Part shown: one piece after another, positions 8,558 through 17,491 of the stretch
Numbering within the stretch: position 1 is the stretch's first letter
How the letters are laid out: every line of letters begins with the position of its first letter
NCBI GenBank assembly: GCA_965231015.1
Contig: OZ246408.1
Coordinates: 280,158-344,157 of the forward strand
Reading direction: 5' to 3'
Length of the DNA: 64,000 nt
DNA from: an uncultured Gammaproteobacteria bacterium
GTDB lineage: Bacteria; Patescibacteriota; Patescibacteriia; UBA9934; CAZDDW01
Program-made: the position numbers and the translations under genes
The notes under the pieces: model-generated
Database searches by the model: none
What the model was told of the DNA's origin: nothing
Seen by the model: only the letters and a program-made list of their open reading frames with translations

Positions 8558-10078
8558 GTTTAATTTTACTCCCAAAATATTTTTAGCAGTACCAGCGTCG
8601 GCGTTGCCCTCGGTTTCCTTCATGACCATGCCGATGAAAAATTGCATTAGTTCAGTTTTGCCGTCCTTGTAGCGAGCCACCTCATCCGGGTGGTTTTTGA
8701 TTACGGTATCAACTGCGGCCGCAATAGCGTCTTCATCATCCAGTTTGCCTAGTCGCTTGTCTTCCATAATATGGCTTGGGTCAGCCCCGGCTTCTAACAT
8801 TTCTTCAAGTACTGGTAGGCCGTTTTTGGTTGATAGTTTACCCTTAGCAATTAAAGTAATAAACTCGGCAAAGTTCTCTGGAGTAATTTTAATGATTCGA
8901 ATATCAATACTCTTAGCTTTCATAAGTCCACCAAGTTTTGAAAGTAACCATCCAGAAACCAGTTTAGCCAGTTTGGCTCGTTCTTTGTATAGAGCCTCCA
9001 TTTCGGCTTCAGCAATCTCCGGTTGAGCCTCGAGCCAAGCTAACAGTTCTGAAAAAACATGTTCCAGATAGTCGGCTAGGGCAGGGTCTTCACAGACTTG
9101 CTTAGCGTCCAATGGTTTCATTTTATACTCATCAACAAAACGACGACGACGGGCATCCGGCAGCTCTGGAATTTTATTTCGTAACTCGTCGGTCATAGCG
9201 GTCAGATCAAGCACAGGTAAATCCGGATCAGGGAAGTAGCGGTAGTCACTTGATTCTTCTTTAACGCGCTGCTCAACCGTCACTTGCTTGTTATCATCCC
9301 AACCGCGAGTGGTTTGTTTATCCGGTAGAGTACCGGCTTCCCATAGCTTGGTTTGCCGCTGAATCTCGTGCTCTAGTGCCCTTTCCACCATTTTAAACGA
9401 GTTCAGGTTCTTGATCTCAGTCTTCGGGTTTAAATTAGCACTCTTGTAGTTTCCGTCCTCGTCTAACTCTCGGAGTGAAATATTGGCGTCACAGCGCAAG
9501 TGCCCTTTTTCCATATCAGCATCAGATATTCCAAGATACCGCGCAATCAATCGAAGCTCCTGCAAGAATACCTTGGCTTCGGACGGAGTTCGTAAATCCG
9601 GATCTGTCACAATTTCCACGAGTGGGGTTCCGCCACGGTTGAAATCAACGTAGGTCTTTCCGTTGTCTGCGTGTACATTCTTAGCAGCATCTTCTTCCAA
9701 GTGCAAACGGGTTATTCCGATTTCTACATTTGGTCGCGGACCGTCTGGAACATGAATAACTAAACTGCCACGCTCCATAACCGGCATATCAAACTGGGAG
9801 ATTTGGTATCCCTTAGGTAGGTCAGGGTAAAAATAATTTTTGCGATCGAATTTACTGTTAGTGGCAATTTGACCTCGTAAAGCAAGACCAGTCAGAATAG
9901 CCCAACGTACAGCTTGCTCGTTTGGAACCGGAAGCGAGCCCGGGTGACCCATGCACACTGGGCAGATGTTGGTGTTCGGCGCGACCGCACTGTTGTGTGT
10001 GGCACAACTGCAAAACATTTTGGTCTTGGTTTTCAGTTGGATATGGATTTCTAATCCAATGACCGGTTCCAATTTCAT
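8552..10078 (-). CDS. gatB: Asp-tRNA(Asn)/Glu-tRNA(Gln) amidotransferase subunit B
   Basis: N-terminus MKLEPVIGLEIHIQL...CSC...CPVCMG is typical of GatB. Length 508 aa. Confidence 0.9.
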   Translation of the reverse strand: MKLEPVIGLEIHIQLKTKTKMFCSCATHNSAVAPNTNICPVCMGHPGSLPVPNEQAVRWAILTGLALRGQIATNSKFDRKNYFYPDLPKGYQISQFDMPVMERGSLVIHVPDGPRPNVEIGITRLHLEEDAAKNVHADNGKTYVDFNRGGTPLVEIVTDPDLRTPSEAKVFLQELRLIARYLGISDADMEKGHLRCDANISLRELDEDGNYKSANLNPKTEIKNLNSFKMVERALEHEIQRQTKLWEAGTLPDKQTTRGWDDNKQVTVEQRVKEESSDYRYFPDPDLPVLDLTAMTDELRNKIPELPDARRRRFVDEYKMKPLDAKQVCEDPALADYLEHVFSELLAWLEAQPEIAEAEMEALYKERAKLAKLVSGWLLSKLGGLMKAKSIDIRIIKITPENFAEFITLIAKGKLSTKNGLPVLEEMLEAGADPSHIMEDKRLGKLDDEDAIAAAVDTVIKNHPDEVARYKDGKTELMQFFIGMVMKETEGNADAGTAKNILGVKLNS

Positions 10079-10080
10079 AA

Positions 10081-10953
10081 CTATTTTTCTTTAGAAGCTT
10101 TAGCACTTTCAAAGACCAGATAATCAGCTGTTAAAACCAGAGGGTTAATGAGAGCAGTAACCACAATTACAATTACAGCATTTGAGATGCGGAGTAATTT
10201 TTCTGCTATTTCTATGTTTAGTCCAGCCGCTCCAGTGACAACATAATTAATAATTAGAGTGATAAAAAATTGTAGCAGGGCAAAGGCAGAGAAGAAAACT
10301 AGTTTTGGAATCACCAGTCGCCAGAACACTGGCCAGAATCGTCCTTTGACAAGATCAGAACTGTGACGGAAAGCCTTTTTGCCTTTTTCGTTTTCAAGCA
10401 CTACCGAATAACCGATGAAGAAGTATTTAATTGCCCACCAGATCACAAGGATTAATAGAGTAATAGTACCCGCTACAGCCAGGATTGAGCCGAGCAAACC
10501 AAGAATTGGTACAGTAGGAGCTAATATGGACATCAGGAGACCTGGCAGAACCAATAGTATCGGGGCCAGAATCAGTAAAGTGAACAAAATATTAACAATC
10601 AACAACGGCCAGAAGTATTTCCAGCTACCCATGGCGATTTCTTTCAAGTCAACCTTTTTTTCTTTCATTTCCGCATCAATTAGTTTGACGAGGGTAATGA
10701 AAAGCCAGATTCCGAGCACGGGTCCAACAATAAAGGAGCTAAACATGGCCAGGTATATTCCGATGTTTTCCATGGTTGAAAGTTCAACACCGGTGACCAA
10801 GTCCAAGGTGGTGGGGTAGAGCAGGAAACTGATGGTGTAGAGGGCGGCCAGAATCAGAAACCAGGCTGAGATACTCACGAGCTCTACAAAGTGCTTGCGG
10901 TAGTGTTCCCAGGCAATATCAATAATCTGTCCGACAGATAACATTTGTTTCAT
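10081..10953 (-). CDS. Polytopic membrane protein (hypothetical)
   Basis: 290 aa with at least 6 hydrophobic helices. Confidence 0.55.
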   Translation of the reverse strand: MKQMLSVGQIIDIAWEHYRKHFVELVSISAWFLILAALYTISFLLYPTTLDLVTGVELSTMENIGIYLAMFSSFIVGPVLGIWLFITLVKLIDAEMKEKKVDLKEIAMGSWKYFWPLLIVNILFTLLILAPILLVLPGLLMSILAPTVPILGLLGSILAVAGTITLLILVIWWAIKYFFIGYSVVLENEKGKKAFRHSSDLVKGRFWPVFWRLVIPKLVFFSAFALLQFFITLIINYVVTGAAGLNIEIAEKLLRISNAVIVIVVTALINPLVLTADYLVFESAKASKEK

Positions 10954-10961
10954 ATTTTTGT

Positions 10962-11672
10962 TTAAATAAGTTTTTCTAAAAGTTTTATAAAATTGATTGT
11001 CATGGCTTGTTTTGGTATTCGAGTATCGAAAGTGTGAACTGAGGTTCCTTGTTTGAAAAAGATCTCGGAGTACCAGTCGGATCTATATCTTTCGGCTACT
11101 TTTTTCAAGAACTCAAGATTTTCGAAAACACCTTTTGAATCATCATCTCTGTTTTTGATGCGCTCGATAATAGCTTCTGGATCAAGGTCTGTCAGAACAA
11201 GTAAGTCAGGTTTATTTTCGAGGGCTAGCTTGTTGCCAGGCAGATTCATGACTTCGTCGAGAGTGATTGTCTCATCCATGATTGGTTGGTAGGCGATTGA
11301 AGTGGATACTGATCGGTCTTGGATGATAATTTTGTTGTCTACAAGTGCCGGCAAGATCAATCTTTTGTACATAATTAGCCGGTCGAGGGAAAGGGCTTGG
11401 GCAAGAACAATGCCCGGATACGGGTCGTCTGTTCTTGAAAGTTCGTAACGAATTGCGGCACCAGTCCATGCTTTATTTGGTTCAAAAGTGAAATAAATGT
11501 CGTAGTCTTTTACCTGGTCGTAAGTTGGTGGCTCGACGTGATCTTTGTTCCACTCAAGCAGATCAAAAATTTTATAGTCCCGCGATTCAGCCCAAAATTT
11601 AGCTGCTTTCATCAATGTTGATTTGCCTGATCCGGCAATTCCGTCAATGACAACAAATTTACTCTCTTTCAT
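10962..11672 (-). CDS. P-loop nucleotide kinase, thymidylate-kinase-like
   Basis: The VIDGIAGSGKST P-loop resembles Tmk or deoxynucleoside kinases. Context is the dut/folA/thyA cluster. Confidence 0.5.
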   Translation of the reverse strand: MKESKFVVIDGIAGSGKSTLMKAAKFWAESRDYKIFDLLEWNKDHVEPPTYDQVKDYDIYFTFEPNKAWTGAAIRYELSRTDDPYPGIVLAQALSLDRLIMYKRLILPALVDNKIIIQDRSVSTSIAYQPIMDETITLDEVMNLPGNKLALENKPDLLVLTDLDPEAIIERIKNRDDDSKGVFENLEFLKKVAERYRSDWYSEIFFKQGTSVHTFDTRIPKQAMTINFIKLLEKLI

Positions 11673-11689
11673 AGCCTAATTATAGCAAA

Positions 11690-12115
11690 TTATCCGGTAG
11701 TTCCGAAGCCGCCGCGGTTAGGGCCGGTCATTTCTTGAACTTCCTCGAATTCGGCGACTGAAATCGGAACAAACAGGCCTTGTCCAAGTCTCTCGTAAGC
11801 CTCAACTGTGTAGGGTTCACTACCGTGGTTGTGTAAAGCAAGTCGGAGCTCGTCTTCCGGTCCGCAATAGTCTTGATCAATCACCCCGACTCCGTTACCA
11901 AACGAGATTTGTTTTTTTGCGTTTGATGATCGAGGGAATAGGAGCAAGGCATGTCCTTCCGGAACGGTCATAACATAGCCAGTTTTGACGAGCTTGCTTT
12001 CGCCCGGCTCGATCGTCACTGCTTCTCGAACATGCAAATCAAAAGCAACTGAACCCGGAGTTTTGTACTCGGGCATGGGGACGTTTGGATCGATTCTTTT
12101 TATCTTTACCCTCAT
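11690..12115 (-). CDS. dut: dUTP diphosphatase (trimeric dUTPase)
   Basis: Motifs GVIDQDYCG and C-terminal GGFGTTG. Confidence 0.85.
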   Translation of the reverse strand: MRVKIKRIDPNVPMPEYKTPGSVAFDLHVREAVTIEPGESKLVKTGYVMTVPEGHALLLFPRSSNAKKQISFGNGVGVIDQDYCGPEDELRLALHNHGSEPYTVEAYERLGQGLFVPISVAEFEEVQEMTGPNRGGFGTTG

Positions 12116-12585
12116 ACTTTTTTATAAGTCACAAATTTATATCCGTCGTAGATGTCTTCTTCGGTCACTTCCCATCTCTCAGGATCGATAGTAGGGAAGT
12201 AAGTGTCACCTGCGTATTCATTATCAAGGTGAGTGATCTCGAGTTCGTCGGCCAAGTTCATACTAGCCTGATAAATTGAAGCGCCGCCGATGATAAAGAT
12301 GTGCTCGTTTTTGTGTTTGGCAACTGCGTCTTCAATGCTACTGTGTACGCGGCAACCGTTCGGGACCGGATAATCGGTTTGACGAGTTATGACGAGGCTA
12401 GTTCGATTAGGGAGTGGTTTACCAAGTCGATCCATGATCGACTCGAACGTCTTTCGGCCCATCAATACTGTATTTCCAGTGGTCAGTTTTTTGAACCGCT
12501 TCAAGTCTTCTGGTAAATGCCAGGGCAGATCATTATCTTTTCCAATAACATTATTTTTTGCTATTGCGGCAATAATCGTGATCAT
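12112..12585 (-). CDS. folA: Dihydrofolate reductase
   Basis: IIAAIAKNNVIGKDNDLPWHLPEDLKRFKKLT matches the classic DHFR N-terminal region. Confidence 0.85.
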   Translation of the reverse strand: MITIIAAIAKNNVIGKDNDLPWHLPEDLKRFKKLTTGNTVLMGRKTFESIMDRLGKPLPNRTSLVITRQTDYPVPNGCRVHSSIEDAVAKHKNEHIFIIGGASIYQASMNLADELEITHLDNEYAGDTYFPTIDPERWEVTEEDIYDGYKFVTYKKV

Positions 12586-13454
12586 ACTGCGATGTCAAAT
12601 TCAATCTTTGGATAAGATTCGTAACCAACCAGCTTAGTATTTAGTGGTTTCCAATCAAAGATCGATGTGAAGTTCTCGGTTTCAAGACGCGGGTTCGAAT
12701 ACCTTTCAGGGTCCCGAGTCAATTGCTCCTTAGCACCGTCAAGATGGTTTTCGTAAATGTGTGTATCAGCCAAGAAACCAACCAACTTTCCTTCTTCAAA
12801 GCCGGATTCTTTAGCGAGCAAGTGCAAAAGTAGGGCGTAAGAAGCAATGTTGAACGGAAGGCCGAGCATGGTATCGACTGAGCGTTGGTTCCAAAGCAAG
12901 TTAAGCTTGCCGTTGATGACGGTCACTTGGAAGGCATAGTGGCACGGAGGCAGAGCCATTTCATGTAAAAACGATGGGTTCCAGGCTGAGACGATCATGC
13001 GTCGGTCGTGCGGATTCTTCTTCAACATGTCGACCATGTTTTGTAATTGATCAACCCCTTTACCGGTATGGTCAACATTATGTCCTTCATATTCGCCATT
13101 AAAATTTCGCCATTGAAAACCGTAAATCGGACCCAGATCTCGTTCCTCCATCATGCGACGTTTTGATTCCTCGTCGTGCCCATACGGTGCTTTCTTTGGT
13201 GTTGCCCATTCATCCCAAATATGATTTTTCCGTTTTTGTAACCAGTGTTTATCCGTAATGCCATTGATAAAAAAAGCCAGCTCTGTGGCAATACATTTGA
13301 ACGGCATCTTTTTTGTAGTCAAAAGTGGGAAGCCTTCGGACATGTCATGTTCAAACATGGCTCCGGCTACGGCCATGGTGTCGATTCCGGTGCGATTTTC
13401 TTTACGTTCCCCCTTTTCTAGGACAGTTTTAACAATGTCTAGGTATCCTTTCAT
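12582..13454 (-). CDS. thyA: Thymidylate synthase (ThyA). The likely start is the internal Met (MKGYLDIV).
   Basis: RTG(I/T)DT and the catalytic PPCH motif (LPPCHYAFQ). The ORF-track start 13517 adds 21 aa upstream. Confidence 0.85.
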   Translation of the reverse strand: MKGYLDIVKTVLEKGERKENRTGIDTMAVAGAMFEHDMSEGFPLLTTKKMPFKCIATELAFFINGITDKHWLQKRKNHIWDEWATPKKAPYGHDEESKRRMMEERDLGPIYGFQWRNFNGEYEGHNVDHTGKGVDQLQNMVDMLKKNPHDRRMIVSAWNPSFLHEMALPPCHYAFQVTVINGKLNLLWNQRSVDTMLGLPFNIASYALLLHLLAKESGFEEGKLVGFLADTHIYENHLDGAKEQLTRDPERYSNPRLETENFTSIFDWKPLNTKLVGYESYPKIEFDIAV

Positions 13455-13567
13455 AGCAATTTTATTACATATAACGTCCTTACAATTTAGCAGAAAACGG
13501 CTCTGAAAACAAACCAAAAAACCACAGGTTTTACACCTATGGTTTTGGTTTATTTTTAGGTAAATAT

Positions 13568-14173
13568 TTATTTCGCCACCTGTATTTCTCCAGCTTCGAT
13601 CTTGGCAATAAATTCGGCAATTTTGGTTTGGTATTCTTCAAGCGTGCCGTCGTTCACGATATAGTAATCTGCCATAGCAATCGGCCCGCCTTTTTCAATG
13701 TTCTCAATTTCAGCCTTGTCTCGGGCTTTGGCTTCGTCGCGTGAAAATTTCCGGTTTCTCAGGTCTGGATCATCTGCTCCTGAAACGCGAGCCTCGAGCC
13801 GTTGATACCGCAGTTCTGGCGGAGTTGCGATCGCGACCACAATCATGTTCTCGCCATACTTTTCTCGCAAAACTTTGTACTCTGACCAGCTGTAGAGCCC
13901 ATCACCAACCACATTGCCTTTTTCAAGTTCGGCATCAAACTTCGGCATGTTCAGAATTGCAAAAGCGGCCATGCCATGTTCAGCTCGGAATCCCTCACGA
14001 ATCTCTTTTTCAAGGGCCTCACTTGGTTCTTCACCCCTGCGCTTTACCTCATCGAGTGTGATTTGCCCAAAACGAATAAACTCAAATCCTTTTTCAACTA
14101 ACGCATCAGCCAGAACACTTTTTCCAGCCCCACACATTCCGACAATACAAACTAACTTATTCATATTATTCAA
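13568..14173 (-). CDS. P-loop (d)NMP kinase-like protein
   Basis: GMCGAGKS P-loop, adenylate/dNMP-kinase-like size (201 aa). It lies between thyA and dCMP deaminase. Confidence 0.45.
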   Translation of the reverse strand: MNNMNKLVCIVGMCGAGKSVLADALVEKGFEFIRFGQITLDEVKRRGEEPSEALEKEIREGFRAEHGMAAFAILNMPKFDAELEKGNVVGDGLYSWSEYKVLREKYGENMIVVAIATPPELRYQRLEARVSGADDPDLRNRKFSRDEAKARDKAEIENIEKGGPIAMADYYIVNDGTLEEYQTKIAEFIAKIEAGEIQVAK

Positions 14174-14642
14174 CCGGTTTTAGTTCCTTAGATTCATATT
14201 GGTGGTACTTGACTCCAGCCATGTCGAGCATGCGTCGTGAGGCCTGACAGATTTCAGTATCATGATATTTGTCACTGGCGTAAATTACCTCTGTGATTCC
14301 ATTCTGAATAATAGTTTTAGTGCATTCGTTGCAGGGGAACAATGTGCAGTAGATTTTACAACCGTTAGTTTTTGCATTTGAGTTATAAATGGCATTTTCT
14401 TCTGCGTGACAAACGTAGGCGTACTTGGTTTCTAAAAATCCCCCTTCGCGAGACCATGGTAATTCGTCGTCTGAACAACCTCGTGGAAAACCGTTGTAGC
14501 CGAGCCCGACAACCACTTGATCTGGGTTAACCACGACTGCACCGGCCTGGGTACTTGGATCTTTTGATCGATCCGCCATTACGTGGGCAATTCGCATGAA
14601 GCATTCGTCCCATGAGATGTAATCTTGTCTTTTTTCATTCAT
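14166..14642 (-). CDS. dCMP deaminase (cytidine/deoxycytidylate deaminase family)
   Basis: Zinc-binding HAEENAI ... PCNECTK motifs. Confidence 0.85.
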   Translation of the reverse strand: MNEKRQDYISWDECFMRIAHVMADRSKDPSTQAGAVVVNPDQVVVGLGYNGFPRGCSDDELPWSREGGFLETKYAYVCHAEENAIYNSNAKTNGCKIYCTLFPCNECTKTIIQNGITEVIYASDKYHDTEICQASRRMLDMAGVKYHQYESKELKPVE

Positions 14643-14751
14643 AGCAATTGTTTAATTCTCCTCTAATTTAACAGATTAGGCGGGGAGAGGCAAATCAAAA
14701 GACCCGCCGTTTAAGCGAGTCCCTGATCCTTTATACTTTGTCCGCTGTCCT

Positions 14752-15429
14752 TTATTCAACCTCGAGCTTGATACTTGGTCCCATGCTGGTGGTAAGATAC
14801 ATTGCCTTGAGGTAGATCCCCTTGGCTGTGGCTGGTTTGGCCTTTTTAACAGCGTCCATCATGGCATCGAAGTTGGCTTTGATTTCACCTTCATCCTGTG
14901 AGACCTTTCCGATTTTCACATGCAGGTTGCCGCCGTTGTCATTACGGAAACTCAACTTTCCGGCCTTCTGCTCCTTGATCATTTTTTCCAGGTCGTCACT
15001 GACGGTATCAGTCTTTGGATTTGGCATTAATCCTTTTGGGCCCAATACTCTTGCCGCTTTGGCAACTTTTGGCATCATGCTTGGTGTTGCTACCATGACA
15101 TCGAAGTCAGCTTTTCCTGTTTTAACAATCTCGTTGATAATATCTTCACCACCAGCCATATCAGCTCCGGCCTTTTTGGCAGCATTTACTTTATCGTCTT
15201 CTACGATAGCGGCTACACGTTTACTCTCACCTTTCATGTGGGGAAGAGCAATAGTACCACGAACGATCTGGTCGGTTTTTTCAACATCGATTCCGAGTCG
15301 AATATGTAGTTCGATTGAGGCATCAAACTTCACGGTGGAAGTTTCTTTGGAGAGCTTAATCGCTTCATCAATGGCGTAATTTTTGTCCTCTTCAAGTTTA
15401 GCCTTGGCCTCCTTGATTCGCTTTGACAT
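14752..15429 (-). CDS. rplA: 50S ribosomal protein L1
   Basis: Full-length similarity to uL1 (KFDASIELHIRLGIDVEKTDQIVRGT...). Confidence 0.9.
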   Translation of the reverse strand: MSKRIKEAKAKLEEDKNYAIDEAIKLSKETSTVKFDASIELHIRLGIDVEKTDQIVRGTIALPHMKGESKRVAAIVEDDKVNAAKKAGADMAGGEDIINEIVKTGKADFDVMVATPSMMPKVAKAARVLGPKGLMPNPKTDTVSDDLEKMIKEQKAGKLSFRNDNGGNLHVKIGKVSQDEGEIKANFDAMMDAVKKAKPATAKGIYLKAMYLTTSMGPSIKLEVE

Positions 15430-15444
15430 ATGTTTTGTGGTGCA

Positions 15445-15580
15445 GTCGACCTAAACGGCCTCCCACAGGTTAATTTTCAATTTTGCAATTTTCAATTTTC
15501 AGTTTTCATTGAATTTTCAAATCCCATTTTCAATTTGGTCATTGGATATTCAATCGAAAATTGTAAAATTAAACATTGTA
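15445..15580. repeat. AT-rich intergenic array of TTTTCAATTTT-like units between rplK and rplA
   Basis: At least six degenerate copies of AATTTTCAATTTTCA. The same motif recurs at 51795-51815. Confidence 0.4.
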
Positions 15581-15582
15581 AA

Positions 15583-16002
15583 TTATTTCACCTCCACTCC
15601 CATCTGACGAGCGGTTCCGGCAATAATTTTAGCGCCTTGCTCCAGGTCGTCGGTGTTAAGGTCTGGCATCTTCTTTTCAGCGATTTCTTTAGCTTGATCC
15701 CAAGTAATTGAGCCAACTTTATCTGAAAGTGGCTTTCCCGAACCCTTTTTAAGTCCAGCCGCTTTCATGATGAGAGCTGAAGCCGGAGGGGTCTTGGTGA
15801 CAAAACTAAATGATCGATCTTCATACACGGTAATCACTACCGGCACAATATCCCCCTTTTTGTCCTGGGTTGCAGCATTAAACTGAGTACAGAAATCCTG
15901 AATGTTCAGTCCATGCTGACCAAGAGCTGGTCCAACAGGTGGTGCTGGGTTAGCTCCGCCGGCTGGAATCTGTAATTTGATTTGGGTTAGTACTTTTGGC
16001 AT
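15583..16002 (-). CDS. rplK: 50S ribosomal protein L11
   Basis: The [22 protein letters not shown] motif is typical of uL11. Confidence 0.9.
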   Translation of the reverse strand: MPKVLTQIKLQIPAGGANPAPPVGPALGQHGLNIQDFCTQFNAATQDKKGDIVPVVITVYEDRSFSFVTKTPPASALIMKAAGLKKGSGKPLSDKVGSITWDQAKEIAEKKMPDLNTDDLEQGAKIIAGTARQMGVEVK

Positions 16003-16033
16003 AGAATAGATTTAATATGCGTAACAGCTCAAA

Positions 16034-16579
16034 TTAAATCTTTTTAATCTGTAAGAAGTCGAGTTCCACCGGAGTCTCACGACCAAACATACTGACGAGA
16101 ACCTTGATCTTGCCGCGGGCTTCATCGATTTCATCAACCTTGCCCTCGAAGTTCTTAAACGGTCCGTCAATGATGTTGACCGGGTCGCCCGGTTCGACAT
16201 CAACTTTATATTCTGGTTCCTCAACACCCATTCGCTTCTGAAGTGAAGCAATTTCTTCAGGGGCGAGCGGTGTTGGAATGGTTCCAGTTCCAATGAATCC
16301 AGTTACGTTTGGTGTATTTCGCACCACGTACCAAGAGTCATCGGTTACTACCATCTCCACCAGCACGTAGCCGGGGAAGATTTTTTCTTCAACAATCTTT
16401 CGCTTTCCGTTTCGAATCTTAATCTTTTTTTCCTTCGGGATCAAAACATTAAAAATTTTATCCTCCATGTCCATGGATTCAATACGTTGGTGTAAGTTTT
16501 CTGAAACGTTTTCTTCGTATCCTGAGTAGGTGTGAATGGCATACCAACGTCGGCCTTGTTTTGCTGTTTGTTTTGGCAT
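16034..16579 (-). CDS. nusG: Transcription antitermination factor NusG
   Basis: NGN domain (WYAIHTYSGYE) and C-terminal KOW region. Confidence 0.9.
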   Translation of the reverse strand: MPKQTAKQGRRWYAIHTYSGYEENVSENLHQRIESMDMEDKIFNVLIPKEKKIKIRNGKRKIVEEKIFPGYVLVEMVVTDDSWYVVRNTPNVTGFIGTGTIPTPLAPEEIASLQKRMGVEEPEYKVDVEPGDPVNIIDGPFKNFEGKVDEIDEARGKIKVLVSMFGRETPVELDFLQIKKI

Positions 16580-16584
16580 ATGTG

Positions 16585-16660
16585 TAGGGCGCGTCGCACG
16601 TTGCTCGTGGCACGTCGTCTCAGAACGACGAGCGATTTGCGACGAGCGATTTGCTAAATA
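16585..16660. repeat. Intergenic copy of a GC-rich repeat element (GCGTCGCACGT...TCAGAACGACGAGCGA...GCGATTTGC). Related copies lie inside queA (30172-30245) and dinB (50330-50360).
   Basis: Shares a 16-bp exact core TCAGAACGACGAGCGA plus the CGCACGT and GCGATTTGC parts with the queA copy. Confidence 0.5.
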
Positions 16661-16851
16661 TTTATCAATGCGTTCAGACCCTGGTTAAACAACCAGTCCA
16701 GAACGAAAAAGAAAACCCCAACTGCCAAACTAATCCCAATAACCATCAGGGAGTAGCGGGTGGTATCTTTGCGGTTTGGCCAGGTAACTTTACTAAGTTC
16801 CTGCTTTGACTCACTAAAGTATGAGACAATTTTTTGGGCAAAATTAGCCAT
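16654..16851 (-). CDS. secE: Preprotein translocase subunit SecE
   Basis: 65 aa with a single C-terminal TM helix, conserved position upstream of nusG, KVTWP motif. Confidence 0.75.
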   Translation of the reverse strand: MANFAQKIVSYFSESKQELSKVTWPNRKDTTRYSLMVIGISLAVGVFFFVLDWLFNQGLNALINI

Positions 16852-17030
16852 AAATACAGTTTTTTCTATCTTAAAACCCCCTTCGGGGGGTCAGTTGCAC
16901 GTAAACTATAATATATATACGATTTTTTGGCAAGTTTCAGATCAATATCCACATTTCGTACACAACGAGCTTAAGCTTCCCGTGTTATACTTTAAGCACA
17001 AGGACAAAACGCTAAGCAAGGAGGGATCCT

Positions 17031-17420
17031 GTGCTGGCTCTGCTCATTGAACGCATAGAACGCACAACCGAGGAGTGTCTGACGCTTTCGAGCGATCCGG
17101 ACTCTGAAGAAGAGCTGCCTTTCACTCGGGTGATCATCAACAACGAGCCCACCAGGAATATGGTGGAGGGGATTGGTGGATTTATCGCGGAAAAAACCGG
17201 TCAAGAGCCCCAGATCGTCAGACCCGACAGTAAAACCTGGTTCGGGTTCACCTTTCCTGACGAGGAAGCCATCAACATTCGGGAGCTGTATCAGCAGTTT
17301 CGGACGGCCTTCCCCCCGGATGGGAAGTACAGCATCAGAATGATCGAACTCGACATGGCAACCCCAGAGGAAATCTCATTGAGTCTTTCACAGGGAATCG
17401 ATCTTGATCTTGGGGCGTGA
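17031..17420 (+). CDS. Hypothetical protein (129 aa, GTG start)
   Basis: RBS AAGGAGG 6 nt upstream of the GTG. Downstream terminator. Slightly raised GC. Confidence 0.45.
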   Translation: MLALLIERIERTTEECLTLSSDPDSEEELPFTRVIINNEPTRNMVEGIGGFIAEKTGQEPQIVRPDSKTWFGFTFPDEEAINIRELYQQFRTAFPPDGKYSIRMIELDMATPEEISLSLSQGIDLDLGA

Positions 17421-17427
17421 TGCGTCG

Positions 17428-17482
17428 TAAAGAGTGATGTTAGGAGGACGTCTGCATTACTCTTTTTTGTTTTTGAACAACC
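17428..17482 (+). terminator. Intrinsic terminator after the 17031-17420 ORF
   Basis: AAGAGTGATG/CATTACTCTT stem followed by TTTTTTGTTTTT. Confidence 0.5.
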
Positions 17483-17491
17483 CTTTGGTTT

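Noticed and set aside
14685-14720. GGCGGG...CCCGCC hairpin between rplA and the dCMP deaminase gene as a terminator
   Set aside because: An 18-nt loop and no U-tract on the transcribed strand. It is more likely an RNA-processing or stability element, if it is functional at all.
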